Source: a virus
Direction: 5' to 3' (one strand)
Length of the DNA stretch: 64,000 nt
IMG/VR virus record: IMGVR_UViG_3300028840_002190
A program made the position numbers and the translations under genes. The notes below the pieces were generated by a model, which saw only the letters and a list, made by a program, of their open reading frames with translations, ran no database searches and had not been told where the DNA came from. Positions within the stretch are counted from its first letter, which is position 1; the number at the start of each line of letters is the position of its first letter. Below, piece by piece: positions 34,618-44,767 of this stretch.

Positions 34618-34712
34618 GCCGTCGCTCCTTCAACACCATAACGCTTCACCATGACCTCGTAGGCCATCTTATAAAGCTCAGCGTAGGTGCGGATGGTGTC
34701 GTGTCCGTACAT
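34614..34712 (-). CDS. 32-aa microprotein (not in ORF track)
   Basis: MYGHDTIRTYAELYKMAYEVMVKRYGVEGATA; fills the gap exactly, ATGA-coupled. Confidence 0.6.
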   Translation of the reverse strand: MYGHDTIRTYAELYKMAYEVMVKRYGVEGATA

Positions 34713-34713
34713 C

Positions 34714-35337
34714 TTACTCTTGAGCTTGAGCGAGCGTCAGGAGAGCCTGAACTTCGCCAGCGCCTTTGAGGAACTCGACCGACGCGGTCTTGTGGACCTC
34801 TTCCAGAGCAGCCTGCTGCCCAGCTTCGTACTCTTCAGCAGCCAGCTTCTGCAGGAACTCTTGAGCTTCCGCGTCACCGGCCTCTGCCAGCTTCACGATC
34901 TGCTGGAACTGCTCTTCCTGCGAAGCTTCTTTCTGCTGACCTTGAAGAGCCTCGGTGGCATCTGCGTGTCCCTGCTGGGCAGCTAGCTTCACCGCGTCAG
35001 CGAGAGGGCTCGTATCGATAACCGACCCGACCTTCTCGTTGAGCTCGTTCCACCGGCGATGAGCGGAGTCCGCAAACGCAATCGCGAGGTTGCGCACGTG
35101 CGACTCTTCCGCTTCCTTGTCCAGCTCGGTGAGCTCTTCGGCCATCTTCACGAGACCGTCGATGGGGTTGCCCTCGGCAACGGCAGCTTCTTTTTGCTGA
35201 CCTTCCTCGAGCAGATCACCCAAAGCCCCCTTCAGCTCGTCCGTGTTAACGGGCGCAGCAGCGTCGCCTTCGCTGGCGGTTTTCTCGCTGCCAGAACCCT
35301 CAGGATTGAATTGCTCGATCAGCTGTTGCAACTCCAT
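34714..35337 (-). CDS. Prohead scaffold-like protein
   Basis: Acidic helical 207 aa with EKTAS, QKEAA, VKMA, VKLAA, QKEAS, VKLA, QKLAA, HKTAS. Confidence 0.7.
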   Translation of the reverse strand: MELQQLIEQFNPEGSGSEKTASEGDAAAPVNTDELKGALGDLLEEGQQKEAAVAEGNPIDGLVKMAEELTELDKEAEESHVRNLAIAFADSAHRRWNELNEKVGSVIDTSPLADAVKLAAQQGHADATEALQGQQKEASQEEQFQQIVKLAEAGDAEAQEFLQKLAAEEYEAGQQAALEEVHKTASVEFLKGAGEVQALLTLAQAQE

Positions 35338-35404
35338 TTTTTACCTCGCTTCAAGTTACGCACCCAATGATAGGATGCACAACGAAGTTTTACAAGAGAG
35401 GTTT

Positions 35405-37492
35405 TCACCCCTCCCAGATCAACACTCCGATTTTCGTTGCTACCTTATCCAAGTCCACATCAGGAAGCTCGACAGTACCGGATGGTGTCGGCATGTCAGG
35501 TTCCAGTAGCTCAGACATCTTTACTTGCTCGGCAGCCAAGTCCCGCATCGCGTCCTTGACCTTTTCGGATGCGGCTCTTGCCTTATCTTTTACGAATTTT
35601 CCGGCACGAGAGGCATGCCCTACGCCCTTCTGTACAACAGGAAGACGTCCCAGCCCTTTGAGAGCCATCGTGCCACCTACAGCGGTGATGATCGGATGCT
35701 CATGTGCGAAGCCCTCCACTCGGTCCAGTAGTCTACGAGACAACGGAAGTGCCGGGTGGCCAACGGGCTCACCACGCCGGAGGCGTGATTGGTAATCCAA
35801 TCCCAGCGCGGACATAGCTGCCAGCGTACCTAACGCAGGCAACGCAAGAGACTTGGTAACGTTACCCACGGACGCCTGCTTCGGAACCATCTCGGTGAGC
35901 GTGGGGATAGGCACCCCCTGATCAGTCATGTAGTGCGGACCCATCTTCGGGAACTGCGTCACTCCGAGTGTCCCTAACGAAAGAGCCAGCAGGGGTTTAA
36001 GCTTCCCGTGCCCTAAACGTTCAAGACCGCTCCCCAGAAGCTTATACGACCCCCCGAGAAGCGCTGCTCCTCCAAGGGCTTTCAGCAAGTTCTTCTTGGC
36101 GATCTCATCATGCGCGGAGATAGCTGCGCCTCTCGTAGTCCCGTACACCGTCCCTGTCGCGGGGTCCGTGACCGTGAGGGGAGACGTACGAGGGTCGGGA
36201 GTGTCTCTCAAAGAGGTCGGGGTGAGTTGTCGTTTCAGGTACTGGGGAATACCCGAGCGTTTCTCGAAGTAAGCGTCCACTTCTTCGGCGATCTTCGGAT
36301 CTACATGTTCGACCCCCAGGTCTAACATTCCAGACTTTACCATCTGGTCCAGAACCTGCGGGCAGTCCCCCAAGAAATCCATAATGGGACGCTGGATAGC
36401 TACGCACTTGTCTAGTACGTCGTCGCCCAGCTGCGCCTTGGGGAAGGACTTGTAGACCACGATCTTGGTAATTTCCGGCGTCGAAAGCGACATCCCACCC
36501 GCCATCAATGTGGAAAGCACCTTGTTAATTGGGTGAGCTGAGAGATTCCGCAGTGTGTCGTCTGGGAGTTCAGGAGCACACTGGGCTGAGGAGAGGATGG
36601 TCTCGCGCATGGCCTTCAAGTTGTGCACATCCGCGACATCAAAACCCTCAGTCTTAGCATCGACAGGATACCCTTGCACAATCTTGTCGATGACCGCTAG
36701 CTTACGCGCTGCAAGCTTCCGCTCCGCCATCTTATCCAGGTACTCCCCGGCGTTTGCGCCTGAAATTTCGTAGGGAGCTTCCGCGACCTTCTTCATCATG
36801 TAGGCGGTCGGGTCGGCGGGTTTGAACACCCACGAGATATCAAAGAACTTGGGCTTAGGGTTCAGAGCGCAGACGGTGCGCCCATCCGGCAACGTCTGCT
36901 TCATCTGAAACTTCAGGTGGTCGCAGTACTGCGCACGAGTAGGCGCACGGTTCCCGCAGATGTTGCACACATCGTACTTCACCCTGGTCCCCATGCTCAC
37001 AGGAGGGAATTCCCCGGCTTCTATGCGCTGGGCCAGGTCAGGAGCCTTGGCGTTGTCCAAGTCAATCAGGAGCTCTACACGGTGCATCGCCGGATTCCAG
37101 AACGCCTTCATGACCTTTCCGACGGCCTTCTTCGGATCTTTGTTTACGTGGTGTCGGTAGTTGTAACCGAACTGCTCGAAAGTCTTGTAGTGGAGCGGAA
37201 GGGTATCGTCGGGAGCAATCCATGGAGGAGACATGTCCTCTTTGAAAGGATGCTCAGGGAAGCCGTCTCCGTTCCGGTTCTCTCCGTACGTCTCCCAAGC
37301 ACTGACTGCCAAGACGTATACGATAGAGTGTCCTGGGATCGGCTCAATCGTACGGAAGTAGTCGGACCCTACGCTGGCGTACTTTGTCACCTCTTCCTGA
37401 CAGACGCGCCCGTTGGCCCAGAGCTTAACAGGTTGAACAGTGAGCTCCCCGGTGGGGAAATACGGATCCAGGTGTAAGACTTTTGAAAGCAC
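35405..37492 (-). CDS. Prohead maturation protease (herpes/HK97-type fold) with long C-terminal extension
   Basis: ENRNGDGF, YRHHVNKD (His), PVSMG (Ser), CNICG/CDH Zn cluster, FFDISWVFKPAD. Confidence 0.8.
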   Translation of the reverse strand: MLSKVLHLDPYFPTGELTVQPVKLWANGRVCQEEVTKYASVGSDYFRTIEPIPGHSIVYVLAVSAWETYGENRNGDGFPEHPFKEDMSPPWIAPDDTLPLHYKTFEQFGYNYRHHVNKDPKKAVGKVMKAFWNPAMHRVELLIDLDNAKAPDLAQRIEAGEFPPVSMGTRVKYDVCNICGNRAPTRAQYCDHLKFQMKQTLPDGRTVCALNPKPKFFDISWVFKPADPTAYMMKKVAEAPYEISGANAGEYLDKMAERKLAARKLAVIDKIVQGYPVDAKTEGFDVADVHNLKAMRETILSSAQCAPELPDDTLRNLSAHPINKVLSTLMAGGMSLSTPEITKIVVYKSFPKAQLGDDVLDKCVAIQRPIMDFLGDCPQVLDQMVKSGMLDLGVEHVDPKIAEEVDAYFEKRSGIPQYLKRQLTPTSLRDTPDPRTSPLTVTDPATGTVYGTTRGAAISAHDEIAKKNLLKALGGAALLGGSYKLLGSGLERLGHGKLKPLLALSLGTLGVTQFPKMGPHYMTDQGVPIPTLTEMVPKQASVGNVTKSLALPALGTLAAMSALGLDYQSRLRRGEPVGHPALPLSRRLLDRVEGFAHEHPIITAVGGTMALKGLGRLPVVQKGVGHASRAGKFVKDKARAASEKVKDAMRDLAAEQVKMSELLEPDMPTPSGTVELPDVDLDKVATKIGVLIWEG

Positions 37493-37863
37493 TACAGCAC
37501 TTCCCTCAACAACTCTGAGATATACTCACGACCGAAGAGACGCACAGCTGCTGTCTTCTCGGTCTTCAGTGCACGGTCCAAAGACGCGTCCACAGCTACC
37601 GCTGCTGCGATCTTAGCTTTCATCTCATTGGGGATCTCAGGCATTTCCAAAGATGCAGCCATTTTCACGACTAGCTCGCAGACATCCCCCTCACTGTCGG
37701 AGGCGGCTTTCTCTAGGATTACGTCGTAAAGCCCGCTCGCTACCTTGGCGCAAGTTGCTTGGGTCTGCGCACTTGCGACTTCGGACGCGACTTTCACTGC
37801 GAGGACATCCATCTTACCGATGCTGTGTGCGATGCGAGAAACCTCTTCCGCAAACTTCCGCAT
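37492..37863 (-). CDS. KxA-motif small protein
   Basis: 7 KxA motifs in 123 aa. Confidence 0.75.
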   Translation of the reverse strand: MRKFAEEVSRIAHSIGKMDVLAVKVASEVASAQTQATCAKVASGLYDVILEKAASDSEGDVCELVVKMAASLEMPEIPNEMKAKIAAAVAVDASLDRALKTEKTAAVRLFGREYISELLREVL

Positions 37864-37868
37864 GACTC

Positions 37869-38087
37869 TTAACCTTTCAGGTTAGCCAGCGCCAAGAGTC
37901 CGCGCGCAACTTTCCGGTTACTCAAGTGGCGAGATGCGATCTTCTCGCCCACAGAAAGAGCGATATCGCCGAACTCGAACCGTGACATCCCAGTCTGAGC
38001 TGTAGTGATCGCATCCGCGTTCCCGGTAGCCATCGCCACTTTCAGGTTTTCCGGAAGCAGTTGATCCAGGATTTCGAATTCGGTCAT
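37869..38087 (-). CDS. KxA-motif small protein
   Basis: LKVA, EKIAS, RKVA in 72 aa. Confidence 0.7.
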   Translation of the reverse strand: MTEFEILDQLLPENLKVAMATGNADAITTAQTGMSRFEFGDIALSVGEKIASRHLSNRKVARGLLALANLKG

Positions 38088-38791
38088 TGCATCCTCCCTA
38101 GAGCCTTGTTAATCGATTCTTCCGTTTTTGCCAACTGTTGAACAGTCAGAGGGTTGATGCCACCTTCCGACTGGGACGCCTCACGGAGAAACGACGTGAC
38201 AACGTTGGGATCAGTGCTGAGCGTTGGAGCAAACTTCACCATCGTAGAGTACGCCTGGATAGTGGATCCGGGATTGACGCGCTCTTGAACGGATACGATA
38301 GGGTCGTAACTCATGATGTGATCAACGATCCCTTCTCGTTTTTTGTCCAGGACCATGCGCTCTTTAACGCTTCGTGCAGTTCCCCGAATGAGCTTCCCAA
38401 GCGCTTCCAAGCCGGATTGTGCGACGCCCTTTCCAAGGGCGGACGCAAATCCTGTCTCGGCACCTCCCACTAGATCCGCATAACCGGGCAAACCCTCAGA
38501 CGCTGTTTTGTTGAGGGCTATCTTTTCTCCAAGATAGCGTTTGCGGGTGCTGAACGCTTCGAGCTCAGCGTAGACAAACTTCCCCCCGGGGGCCCCCGTG
38601 TAGTTCTGCATGATCTCTGCCTCCAGCTTACGGCCTTCTCTACCTGCTCGAGGGACAGCTGCGGCGGTACCCAACACTCCCGCGGTACCCGCGGCAATGC
38701 CGGTAGATTTCTTGGGGTTGTCCTTGATCCACTGCAGCACTTTTTTAAAAGCGCCTGGTGCAGTTTTACCTGGTAATGCTTTCGGCATCAA
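38084..38791 (-). CDS. KxA-motif internal head protein (putative)
   Basis: EKIA, NKTAS, VKFA. Confidence 0.75.
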   Translation of the reverse strand: MMPKALPGKTAPGAFKKVLQWIKDNPKKSTGIAAGTAGVLGTAAAVPRAGREGRKLEAEIMQNYTGAPGGKFVYAELEAFSTRKRYLGEKIALNKTASEGLPGYADLVGGAETGFASALGKGVAQSGLEALGKLIRGTARSVKERMVLDKKREGIVDHIMSYDPIVSVQERVNPGSTIQAYSTMVKFAPTLSTDPNVVTSFLREASQSEGGINPLTVQQLAKTEESINKALGRMQ

Positions 38792-39597
38792 AGATCTCCC
38801 AAACTTTCCGCGATTTTCTTTTCGCAGAGGTCACACTCCTCGTACACCAGCCGTGCAGCGGCAGCAGTCTTGACGTATTTGAAAATCTCTTGGGTGTCTT
38901 GGTCCATCACTGCCACATGTCGGTCTTGGATTTCGGACAGTTGAGTATCCGGGTACGCCGCGACCTTGTCACCTGTCACCATAGCCCGCAAAGCCTGCAC
39001 TTCAGGGGCCACATCCGTATTTGCGGACAGTGCATCCTTCTCGAAAGAAGGAAACGCTTCTGCTATCTTCAAACCGTGCGCTTTTCGATAGCAGGAAACC
39101 GCCGTCTCCATAGCCATCTTCCAACGCTGGCTAGCCTGGCGTCCTTCCATTCGGAAACGGTCAGAAGCTCTCTTGAGCTGCATCGCTAACTCGGGTTTGG
39201 AATAGCGAGGCTTTTCCGGCTGAGGTTCTGCTGATGCGACTTTCACCTGTTCGATGGTGTACAGATCACTGTAGTAATCGGAAGTGCGGCTGTACCCTGC
39301 GGTCTTCTCCGAACCCACTTTCAGAGACTTAGCGTCGTCGTACAGCGCTTCGATAACAACCTCGGCGTCGCCTGGATCGAAGGTGATATTCCGATCCGAG
39401 CCTTCCTTCTGCTGAAAGACCTTTCCGAAAACTTGCACGTTCGCGACCCTCACCAGTGTGCGAATCTGCTCCGGGTTGAGGTTGTTATCAGCCGCGACCT
39501 TCTGCGAGAGTTGATTGATAGTCTGGTCGCAGTCCGGAGAAATAAACTGGGACGCAATCTTCTCAGCGGCTTTTTCGAAATCGGTCTTGACTAACAT
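38788..39597 (-). CDS. KxA-motif internal head protein (putative)
   Basis: About 11 KxA motifs in 269 aa. Confidence 0.75.
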   Translation of the reverse strand: MLVKTDFEKAAEKIASQFISPDCDQTINQLSQKVAADNNLNPEQIRTLVRVANVQVFGKVFQQKEGSDRNITFDPGDAEVVIEALYDDAKSLKVGSEKTAGYSRTSDYYSDLYTIEQVKVASAEPQPEKPRYSKPELAMQLKRASDRFRMEGRQASQRWKMAMETAVSCYRKAHGLKIAEAFPSFEKDALSANTDVAPEVQALRAMVTGDKVAAYPDTQLSEIQDRHVAVMDQDTQEIFKYVKTAAAARLVYEECDLCEKKIAESLGDL

Positions 39598-39609
39598 ATC
39601 GCCCTCGCC

Positions 39610-40323
39610 TCAGTGGTAGATGTCACTGGGATCTATGCCCAGGTCTTCGGCGCTGATGGTTGCTTGACGTTCTTCGATAGCCATCATGGCTTCGCTATCC
39701 GCGTCGATACCACCCTCAGCATCCTTACGCGCTTCCAGATACTTGATGCTGTCTTGCATCCATAAACGCGACTGTTTTGTTACATCCGCAGTAATAGAGT
39801 TACCTCTCGCGTTCGCACTTAAATAATACGCAGTTACTATGAAGTGCTCTATCATTTTTTTGGGATCGATCTTAATGTCTTCATTCCCCATCCGGAAATG
39901 GTGTGACAAAATTTCCGGCCCGTGGGTAAGCCCCATTTGAACGCACTCGCGCCCGTGGTCAGACAAAGCCTTGTCGTTATGCAGCAGCTTGCGTACGTAG
40001 GTAAGGCGCTCCAGCTTGTTTCTGAACTGCGACGAATCCATCACCAACTTCTCAACGTGTTCCAGAACCCGCAGATCAATCTCTAGAACTTCGCTGATAC
40101 GCTCAAGGGTGGATTCACAGTAGAGGAATGCTTGGATAACTTCCCGGTGTTCACGTACGCGCACAATGTCCAAAGCGTATTCGATATCTGTGTCTTGGGC
40201 TTTTCCGACTACCACATTGTAGACATCTAAGAGATACGACCCCTTTTTAGGAGGTTTCCCCTTGTCTACTGCCTTAAGCAGAGCGTGCCATCGCCGCTCC
40301 GGGTTGATGTCCCGTGCAGGCAT
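39610..40323 (-). CDS. Hypothetical protein
   Basis: 237 aa helical ORF, coupled to the upstream gene. Confidence 0.7.
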   Translation of the reverse strand: MPARDINPERRWHALLKAVDKGKPPKKGSYLLDVYNVVVGKAQDTDIEYALDIVRVREHREVIQAFLYCESTLERISEVLEIDLRVLEHVEKLVMDSSQFRNKLERLTYVRKLLHNDKALSDHGRECVQMGLTHGPEILSHHFRMGNEDIKIDPKKMIEHFIVTAYYLSANARGNSITADVTKQSRLWMQDSIKYLEARKDAEGGIDADSEAMMAIEERQATISAEDLGIDPSDIYH

Positions 40324-42935
40324 TAAATCTCCGCGGCAGGCCCTTGCTGTGCTTGTGCGTCAGGAAGTGTGCTCACTGCATTTTGGCTCAAGTTAATGAC
40401 CACATCCCCAAGAGACTTGAAAACTGTCCGGAGTTTGTCTTCCAAGACAACAAAGGCTTCGTCGCCTATTGATTTCTTCGTGTCTCCTTCGGTCATCCAC
40501 AGAGTCAGCAGTACCCGGCCCACATTATCGAGGCATTTCTCCATGTTTGGGACGTATGTCGAAACTACGTCTTGGAGAACGGGGGCTGCTGCCATCATAG
40601 AAATTGCGGCGGTATCGAAAACGCCCTCATCTTGCAAGCCCTCTGCTTGGTCGATGAGCTCCGGATTGATCTGATCAGCTACTATGTCAGGGGTCAAATT
40701 TTCACCCTGGTCCATGACTGGCATGGGGGGAGGTGGCTCTTCCATGGGCGGCTGAGGAGCAAGCATCTCTGCCGCTGCCGCGGGTGCCCCAGTAGCCTCA
40801 GGAGGGACCATCCCTCCCGCTGATTGTCCGATCTCCGAGGAGCGCTGTTGGATACCTTGGAGCAACCCAACGAGCTGCTGCGTCTGCTGTGCCTGTTGCT
40901 GCATCGCTTGCTGTGTTTGTTCAGCCTGCGACTGCATCTGCTGCATCTCCATCTCACTCTGTTGTTGGAGTTGCTGCACTGCTTCAGTGATCGCCAAGTC
41001 TGTGGGGCTCAGTGACGGTTGCTGTGGGGGCATCTGCCCCATCGACGGATCCATTTGCCCCATCGACGGATCCATAGCGCCCTGCGGCGGCATCTGACCC
41101 GCTGGCATCTGAGCAGTCTGCTGCATGTCCATGGGAGACTGCGCCTCTTTGTACAGACCGGACAAGAAGTCCCCAATCGCATCCCCGCCCTTAACAATTC
41201 GGATATTCGCCTTACCGTGGTCCTGCGCCTCTTTGAGGATCCCCGCCGCCTCTGTTGCTGGGATGTGGTAGTGCGTGGCAACCTTTTCCAAGGCGTCTAC
41301 GAAATTGTAGGAACGCTCCCCATTTTCTACACGCCAGAAGCCCGCACCATCGCTACGCACTGTCGCGACTTTCGCCCCACCTTCCTGCATTTTTCCGTCG
41401 AGCCAACGAGTAATGAGCTTAGGGTCGCGCATGACCGAATTGCGCTTCATACGCTGACGAGCCTCACTATCGTAATTGGTGGGGGAATTCTTGTCCGTGG
41501 CATTCGACATGAGATTGACCCATGTCGTGTTTTTCGGCAAGAACACCACCTGACCCTTCACCGCTGCCTCCATGTACTTACGGGAGGGGTCATCATCAAT
41601 AACGTAACGACAATCACTGTACTCCCGAACGTACTTCTCTTTCCCACCATCGCTAATAGCGAACTGGATACGCATGGGCTCCGTCGCTTGCGGGTTCTTA
41701 GAATCCGGAACCAAGAAGAACCCGTAGGAATTAGCCTTGGGGCGTGTGCTCCCCGTCCCCTTCTCCAGAAGCTTGAACAAAGCGCTGCCCTGAACGTCCT
41801 TGTCAAAATTGACAGGCTCCCCCATCAAACCCTCACACACGAATGCTTCTTTCATGTCCTTGCTAATAGCCAAGAACTTCTTGGGGACACGGTGACGTTG
41901 CGGTCCGTAGTAGGAACGAATACGGTTATCTCCGTACCTGCTCACAGGCCACGGAACTACAAAATAGACGTCAGGATTTCCGTCTACAAAATAAAGGCGG
42001 TACCACCCCCCATTAGCGTCGGGCTCTTGAAGAAAGCGCTCACCCTCCACCTTGATAGCGCGGTTGAGGGTGTTGCCTTCCCGGTTATCCGCCACGTCAT
42101 AGCCCTGCTTCATGATCGTAGCGAAGGCCTCTTTAGCGCGGTCACCAAAAATTTCCCTGATCTCCTGGGGGGACGCACTTTTCGTGACCACGCGCACACG
42201 CGAGGGAGCACTTGCGACTTTCACGCTCTCCGCAACCTTAGTGTATCCCGAGACCATCGCTTCTTTGAGAGGCTTTACCCCGTAAACTTTAGCGATCTTC
42301 TGGAGGAGGGGCGGGTGCTTCTCAAAAGCAACCTTTACGCTGTCCAGCAGTAGCTGGTTACCGGAACTCAACATGTTGAGAAACTGCGGGTGAATCTCAA
42401 GAGTATGATCTTGTGCGGCTTTCACCATTGCCGCAACTCCGCTGTCCACAACCTCCGCAGGAACGTCTTCAGCACTAGCGTAACCGTAGCGCCCGGTAGT
42501 GTAGGGTGGAAGCACGAGGTTACGCACGCTGACATCTCGCGGAACTGTCTGCGGCGCGTTTTCGGCACCTCCCATCTCGTCAAGAGACATCTTGGTAATT
42601 TCCTCGAGCCACGCGTTGTCGAGCGGGAGGAAGATATTCAGCTTCTTGTAGTAGAACATCTCTACGGGTTTGAGCTGTCCATCCACAAGCACCACCGGAA
42701 TGTAGATGGGGAGCTGGTTGTGGAGCACGACAAATGCCCCCACTCCGTTTCCTGCTTCCGCATCCACCTCCAAGATCTTGAACGTCACAACACTCTGCGC
42801 AAGTTCCGGGAACTTAGCAAAGAGAACGCTGTAAGCCATTTGCGAGAACCGTTCCTTGAACGACTGTTCGGCTTGTTCAGCCGGAGGCGGTCCTTGCATT
42901 CCCTTTTGAACTTGCGGGGACATCGACATAGGCAT
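40323..42935 (-). CDS. Large KxA-motif protein with Q/M/P-rich region (putative internal/ejection protein)
   Basis: 870 aa; VKAA, TKVA, VKVAS, TKSAS, YKEAQ; PxMGQM repeats. Confidence 0.75.
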   Translation of the reverse strand: MPMSMSPQVQKGMQGPPPAEQAEQSFKERFSQMAYSVLFAKFPELAQSVVTFKILEVDAEAGNGVGAFVVLHNQLPIYIPVVLVDGQLKPVEMFYYKKLNIFLPLDNAWLEEITKMSLDEMGGAENAPQTVPRDVSVRNLVLPPYTTGRYGYASAEDVPAEVVDSGVAAMVKAAQDHTLEIHPQFLNMLSSGNQLLLDSVKVAFEKHPPLLQKIAKVYGVKPLKEAMVSGYTKVAESVKVASAPSRVRVVTKSASPQEIREIFGDRAKEAFATIMKQGYDVADNREGNTLNRAIKVEGERFLQEPDANGGWYRLYFVDGNPDVYFVVPWPVSRYGDNRIRSYYGPQRHRVPKKFLAISKDMKEAFVCEGLMGEPVNFDKDVQGSALFKLLEKGTGSTRPKANSYGFFLVPDSKNPQATEPMRIQFAISDGGKEKYVREYSDCRYVIDDDPSRKYMEAAVKGQVVFLPKNTTWVNLMSNATDKNSPTNYDSEARQRMKRNSVMRDPKLITRWLDGKMQEGGAKVATVRSDGAGFWRVENGERSYNFVDALEKVATHYHIPATEAAGILKEAQDHGKANIRIVKGGDAIGDFLSGLYKEAQSPMDMQQTAQMPAGQMPPQGAMDPSMGQMDPSMGQMPPQQPSLSPTDLAITEAVQQLQQQSEMEMQQMQSQAEQTQQAMQQQAQQTQQLVGLLQGIQQRSSEIGQSAGGMVPPEATGAPAAAAEMLAPQPPMEEPPPPMPVMDQGENLTPDIVADQINPELIDQAEGLQDEGVFDTAAISMMAAAPVLQDVVSTYVPNMEKCLDNVGRVLLTLWMTEGDTKKSIGDEAFVVLEDKLRTVFKSLGDVVINLSQNAVSTLPDAQAQQGPAAEI

Positions 42936-43003
42936 ACGTATTCCTCCCTTAGTGAGGGTCGTCGTGAAGAATTATACTGTTGAAATTGTAAGGAGGAAAG
43001 GGG

Positions 43004-43996
43004 TTACTGCGCGGAAGAGACGTACTCAGTCAGGGTCTGGAGAGCGTTGGCGAGTTCCGCCTTCTTCTCATCGTCGCCCTTCTCGTCATCCTTCTTCTCT
43101 TCCCCATCGTCGTCGTCGCTCTTCTCTTCCTTCTTCTCTTCCATCTTCTCCTTCAGCTCGGGAGGCAGTTCCCCTCCGAGCTTAGAGATGGCTTCTTGAA
43201 GAAGAGACGAGAGCTTCGAGACTTCGCCGCTAGTAGGGACAGAATCCGTACGTGGTTGCGGCTTCTGCTCACCCATCAGGGGACCCTTGGGCTGCGTAGT
43301 TTTGCCTTGGGCAGGGGCGACACCGGACATCGCCTGGTTGTCCGGGGGCTCCGTGTGCCCAGGAGCGCCAGTGTCTCCCGAACCCGGATCAGTGCTCGAC
43401 TTTTTCTGGAGACGCAGCAGCTCATCGACCTGAGCTGAGAGCTTCGCAACCTCGCTGGGGGTAGCCGCGCTAGCACCTGGAGGCGGGTTCTGCGGCTCTT
43501 GAGCGCCGACTTCACCGGGGGAGGTGTCTAGAGTGGTGGTACCCTGCGGACCGACCTTCTCAGACGACGGATCCTTCTTGGCATCGAGGGGGCCCATGCC
43601 TCCTTCCATCATGTCTTCTTGAAAGCGGCCATCACCGGTCACGTCCGTACCCGCACCTTCTTCCGCTGCCTTGTGCATCAGGGCAGTAGCGTGAACGGTA
43701 GCTGCGGTCTCGTAGTCCACCGAAGCGGCGAGCTTCGGAAACTCTTCATCCTTGTAGTGGCTAGTCTTCTCGGCAATCTCTTCGGCGACATCAACGAGCT
43801 TGTCGATGACACCCGCGGCCTCCTCAGCCGAGAGACCTTCTTCACCGCTGATCTCCGGCATCTCCTCTTCGGGGAGCTCATCCGCCACGGCATCAGCAGC
43901 TTCTTCCGCGATCTTCTCGGTAGGCCAGCTGATCAAGCCCTGACGCACGAGCTCATGGTTGATGCCCCTGACGTGTGCGCGTTTGAACAGTCCCAT
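43004..43996 (-). CDS. Acidic KxA-motif scaffold/core protein (putative)
   Basis: FKRA, EKIA, PKLAAS, HKAA, AKLSA; disordered Pro/Gly region. Confidence 0.75.
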   Translation of the reverse strand: MGLFKRAHVRGINHELVRQGLISWPTEKIAEEAADAVADELPEEEMPEISGEEGLSAEEAAGVIDKLVDVAEEIAEKTSHYKDEEFPKLAASVDYETAATVHATALMHKAAEEGAGTDVTGDGRFQEDMMEGGMGPLDAKKDPSSEKVGPQGTTTLDTSPGEVGAQEPQNPPPGASAATPSEVAKLSAQVDELLRLQKKSSTDPGSGDTGAPGHTEPPDNQAMSGVAPAQGKTTQPKGPLMGEQKPQPRTDSVPTSGEVSKLSSLLQEAISKLGGELPPELKEKMEEKKEEKSDDDDGEEKKDDEKGDDEKKAELANALQTLTEYVSSAQ

Positions 43997-44034
43997 GATA
44001 TTTCTCTCCTAGTCGGTTAGGGCCTACTGGCCGC

Positions 44035-44211
44035 CTACTTCTGGGTCCCTTGTTGGAGTAGGGAGGTAATGTCCTCAACCGTGGCGAGTTTCTCTTCTGT
44101 GTACGCAGCACTCTGTTGCACTGCCGTTGCTTCGTCCACTCCATGTTCCAGAAGCGCACGCTTTACGCCTTCAGCGTAAGCAACTTTCAAAAGGGTAGCG
44201 GTAGAGTCCAT
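44035..44211 (-). CDS. 58-aa KxA-motif microprotein
   Basis: MDSTATLLKVAYAEGVKRA...EKLA; start refined after GGAG. Confidence 0.7.
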   Translation of the reverse strand: MDSTATLLKVAYAEGVKRALLEHGVDEATAVQQSAAYTEEKLATVEDITSLLQQGTQK

Positions 44212-44227
44212 CCGTCTCCTCCAGTAA

Positions 44228-44767
44228 TCAACGCCAAGTATATGGCGATTCGTTGTTATATCCAAGAGGCAAATTGCGCAACTGTTCATCCGCTCGGGGT
44301 GAAACGCGTGTGACGTACTTGGCTGTGCGGCCTAACCCGCGCCCCAAACGTTCCCCTAAAGTTCCCGCAACCATCGAGCCAAGCATTCCAGTGGGTCCCC
44401 AAGCGGCTAATCCTAGGGCAGTTCCCCCTAGCAACCCTCCGATACGTTCCGCACGCTCACCAGGATCTCCTCGTACGATGTTGGCAGCCTCTATTGCGGG
44501 GAATCCATACAGTAACGCTTTGTTGAACGCCCCCGGTGCCTCGAATCCCTCCCGGAATACGCTGCCCGGTTTGAGCGATTGCTTCATCCGCCACTCATGA
44601 GCGAAACGACGAGGTCGACCGATCATGAATCGCTTCACACCCTCTCGGGTGGGGAGCTTCTTAGCGAGGTACTTCCCTAATCGGGAAAGAGCCCTCGGCA
44701 TAGCCGCCTCTTTAGTAAGGCCCATCTCGGAATACACGGCGTACTTACCAAGATCGTAGGGAGTCAT
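44228..44767 (-). CDS. KxA-motif glycine-zipper protein
   Basis: GKYA, TKEAA; GGLLGGTALGLAAWG. Confidence 0.75.
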   Translation of the reverse strand: MTPYDLGKYAVYSEMGLTKEAAMPRALSRLGKYLAKKLPTREGVKRFMIGRPRRFAHEWRMKQSLKPGSVFREGFEAPGAFNKALLYGFPAIEAANIVRGDPGERAERIGGLLGGTALGLAAWGPTGMLGSMVAGTLGERLGRGLGRTAKYVTRVSPRADEQLRNLPLGYNNESPYTWR

